Source: an uncultured Chloroflexia bacterium (GTDB lineage Bacteria > Chloroflexota > Limnocylindria > Limnocylindrales > CSP1-4). Taken from it: a stretch of 64,000 nt of DNA. The notes under the pieces are model-generated. The model saw only the letters and a program-made list of their open reading frames with translations. It searched no databases and was not told the DNA's origin. A program made the position numbers and the translations under genes. How positions within the stretch are numbered: position 1 is the first letter of the stretch; the number at the start of each line of letters is the position of its first letter. The stretch is from assembly GCA_963713975.1 (NCBI GenBank), contig OY970218.1:3488001-3552000 (forward strand). The letters run 5' to 3'. Below, piece by piece: positions 61,391 to 64,000 of this stretch.

Positions 61391-64000
61391 CTACTTGTCG
61401 TGCGAGGTCGCCAGCACGGCCTGGGCCGCCGCGAGGCGGGCCACCGGCACGCGGAACGGCGAGCAGGACACGTAGTTGAGGCCGATCTTCTCGCACTTGT
61501 GGATCGACGCCGGGTCGCCACCGTGCTCGCCGCAGATCCCGACCTTGAGGTTCGGGCGCGTCGATCGACCCTTGTCCACGGCCATCTGCATCTCGTCGGC
61601 GATCACGTCGTCCAGGGTCTGGAACGGGTTCTCGGCGAGGATCGGGTACGGCTTGTCCCCACCCGGGAGAGCGACGCCCTCGACGTACTTGAGGAGGAAG
61701 CCCCCCTCGGCGTCGTCACGGCTGTAGCCGAACGTCATCTGGGTGAGGTCGTTGGTGCCGAAGCTGAAGAACTCGGCATGCTCGGCGATCTTGTCCGCGA
61801 CCCAGACGGCCCGCGGGATCTCGATCATGGTTCCGAACTTGAAGTCGATCTCCTCGCCCGCGGCGGCGACGACGGCGTCGGCCTCGGCGTCGAGCAGGGC
61901 GCGGGTCGCGATCAGCTCGTTCACGTGACCCACGAGCGGGATCATGATCTCGGGCCGCGGATCCTTGCCTGCCTTCTTCACCGCCACCGCGGCGTTGAGG
62001 ATGGCGCGGGTCTGGATCTTCACGAAGTCCGGAATCATCAGGCCCAGGCGGCAGCCGCGCAGTCCGAGCATCGGGTTCTGCTCGTGCATCGACTTGATGG
62101 TGGCAAGGAGCTCCTTGTCTTCATCGGTCGCCGCATCGCCGGCCTTGGTCACCTTGACCAGCTGCTCCTCCAGGTTGGGGAGGAACTCGTGGAGCGGGGG
62201 GTCGATCAGGCGGACGACGACCGGCAGGCCGCTCATTGCCGCGAGAATCCCCTCGAAGTCGCCCTGCTGGAGCACCTCGAGCTTGGCCATGGCGTCGTCG
62301 AACGTGGTGAGGGCCTCGGTCTCGTCGGCCGAGAGCGCCTCGCCGGCGGCGACCTTCGCCTTGGCCCGGGTGGCGACGTTGGCGACGAGGATCGCGCCGC
62401 GCACGATCTCCAGCCGCTCGCCCTCGCGGAACATGTGCTCGGTCCGGCAGAGGCCGATGCCCTGGGCGCCGTAGCCGCGGGCCTGCTCAGCCTCCTCCGG
62501 CTTGTCGGCGTTGGTCCAGATCTGCATCCGGCGGATCTTGTCGGCCCAGCCGAGGATCTGCTGCAGCTCCGGCTGGTCCTCGAACCGGGCCTCGACCGTC
62601 GGCAGCGCGCCGACGAAGACCTCGCCCGTGGAGCCGTCCACGCTGATCCAGTCACCCTCGTTGAAGGTGACCTCGGACAGCGATGAGCGGGCGGAGTTGG
62701 TCCCGTAGTCCACGAGCAGCTCGGCGCAGCCCGCGACGCACGGCTTGCCGATCTGGCGTGCAACGACGGCCGCGTGCGACGTGGCGCCACCGCGGGCGGT
62801 CAGGATGCCCTGGGCAACGGCCATCCCGTGGAAGTCGTCGGGGCTGGTCTCGACGCGCACGAGGACGACCTTCTCGCCCCGCTCGACCCACTCGACGGCG
62901 GTGTCGGCGTTGAAGACCGCGCGCCCAACGGCCGCGCCGGGCGACGCGTTGAGGCCCTTGGCGATCTTGGCCGCGCCCTTGCGGGCGTTGGGGTCGAACT
63001 GCGCGCGCAGGAGCTGGTCAACCTGGGCGGGTTCGATGCGCTCGACGGCCTCCTGCTCGGAGATCACGCCTTCCTCGACCATCTGGACGGCGATCTTGAC
63101 GGCCGCCGCCGCGGTCCGCTTGGCGATGCGCGTCTGGAGCATGTACAGCTTGCCGCGCTCGATCGTGAACTCGAGGTCCTGGACGTCCCGGTAGTGGGCC
63201 TCCAGCTGGTTCCCGATCTTGAGGAACTCCTCGTACGCCGCGGGCATCTCGACCTTGAGGTGGCTGATGTCCTCGGGGGTGCGGATGCCGGCGACGACGT
63301 CCTCGCCCTGGGCGTTGACGAGGTACTCGCCGTAGAGCTCCTTGGTACCGTCGAACGTGTTGCGCGTGAACGCGACCCCAGTCCCGGAGTCGTCGCCCAT
63401 GTTGCCGAAGACCATGGTCACGATGTTCACGGCGGTGCCGAGATCGTGGGCGATCTTCTGGCTGTTGCGGTAGTCGTTGGCGCGCTTGCCGAACCAGGAG
63501 GCGAACACCGCCTTGATGGCGAGGTCCAGCTGCTCGTTGGGGTCGGTCGGGAAGTCGCGGCCGGTGTCCTCGCGGACGACCTGCTTGAACTCGGCGACGA
63601 GGGCCTTGAGATCTTCGACCGTCAGGTCGGTGTCCTTGGCGTCTGCGCCGTGGGCATGCTTGCGGAGCTCGAGCGGCTCGTCGAAGCGCGCGGCATCGAC
63701 GCCCATAACGATCCGGCCGAACATGCCGATGAACCGCCGGTAGGCGTCCCAGCCGAAGCGCTCGTTGCCCGACAGGTCGATGAGGCCCTGGAGGGTCTCC
63801 TCGTTGAGGCCCAGGTTGAGGACCGTGTCCATCATGCCCGGCATCGAGAACTTGGCGCCCGAGCGGACGGAGACGAGGAGCGGGTTGCCGGCGTCGCCGA
63901 AGCCCTTGCCGGAGCGCTCCTCGACCTGCTTCATCGCGGCGACCGTGTCATCCCACAGGCCGGCGGGGAGCTGCTTGCCGGCGTTGAAGTAGTCGTTGCA
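61391..64000 (-). CDS. ppdK: Pyruvate phosphate dikinase, 5'-truncated by the window edge
   Basis: LLVSVRSGA..SMPGMMDT, GEDVVAGIRTP, GGATSHAAVVAR, GLCRTEHMF, SFGTNDLTQ, GICGEHGGDP. Confidence 0.97.
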   Translation of the reverse strand, partial: CNDYFNAGKQLPAGLWDDTVAAMKQVEERSGKGFGDAGNPLLVSVRSGAKFSMPGMMDTVLNLGLNEETLQGLIDLSGNERFGWDAYRRFIGMFGRIVMGVDAARFDEPLELRKHAHGADAKDTDLTVEDLKALVAEFKQVVREDTGRDFPTDPNEQLDLAIKAVFASWFGKRANDYRNSQKIAHDLGTAVNIVTMVFGNMGDDSGTGVAFTRNTFDGTKELYGEYLVNAQGEDVVAGIRTPEDISHLKVEMPAAYEEFLKIGNQLEAHYRDVQDLEFTIERGKLYMLQTRIAKRTAAAAVKIAVQMVEEGVISEQEAVERIEPAQVDQLLRAQFDPNARKGAAKIAKGLNASPGAAVGRAVFNADTAVEWVERGEKVVLVRVETSPDDFHGMAVAQGILTARGGATSHAAVVARQIGKPCVAGCAELLVDYGTNSARSSLSEVTFNEGDWISVDGSTGEVFVGALPTVEARFEDQPELQQILGWADKIRRMQIWTNADKPEEAEQARGYGAQGIGLCRTEHMFREGERLEIVRGAILVANVATRAKAKVAAGEALSADETEALTTFDDAMAKLEVLQQGDFEGILAAMSGLPVVVRLIDPPLHEFLPNLEEQLVKVTKAGDAATDEDKELLATIKSMHEQNPMLGLRGCRLGLMIPDFVKIQTRAILNAAVAVKKAGKDPRPEIMIPLVGHVNELIATRALLDAEADAVVAAAGEEIDFKFGTMIEIPRAVWVADKIAEHAEFFSFGTNDLTQMTFGYSRDDAEGGFLLKYVEGVALPGGDKPYPILAENPFQTLDDVIADEMQMAVDKGRSTRPNLKVGICGEHGGDPASIHKCEKIGLNYVSCSPFRVPVARLAAAQAVLATSHDK

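Overview
High-GC bacterial window; the style suggests Actinomycetota or high-GC Chloroflexota, but taxonomy cannot be proven from this sequence. The left 24 kb is mostly metabolic and housekeeping: a TPS/TPP fusion (partial), an iolB-transaldolase-iolA inositol cluster, a MerR-vWA pair, M14 and S8 peptidases, amtB, a two-component system, ppc and a Zn-ADH. About 24-61 kb is one large Streptomyces-type contractile injection system (CIS/eCIS) region, followed by ppdK (partial). It has a full structural operon (sheath, two tube proteins, tail-assembly chaperone with a GGGGGAA -1 slippery site, long low-complexity protein, LysM initiator, VgrG, PAAR, gp25, baseplate J, tail-I, CisA-like adaptor with a ~210-aa Pro-X tether) and divergent DUF4255 and AAA ATPase genes. 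Cargo candidates are two paralogous annexin-repeat/HExxH-metalloprotease effectors, each followed by a paralogous small partner gene, arranged around a stand-alone DUF4157 gene. Also present are three regulators (LuxR, PAS/GAF-EAL, STAND-BTAD), a shared palindromic operator, and a five-gene envelope operon with a second CisA-like protein and a C39-like peptidase. No tail-fibre or lysis gene, RNA gene, CRISPR array or transposase was recognised. All family calls come from motif recognition by eye; no database searches were run.
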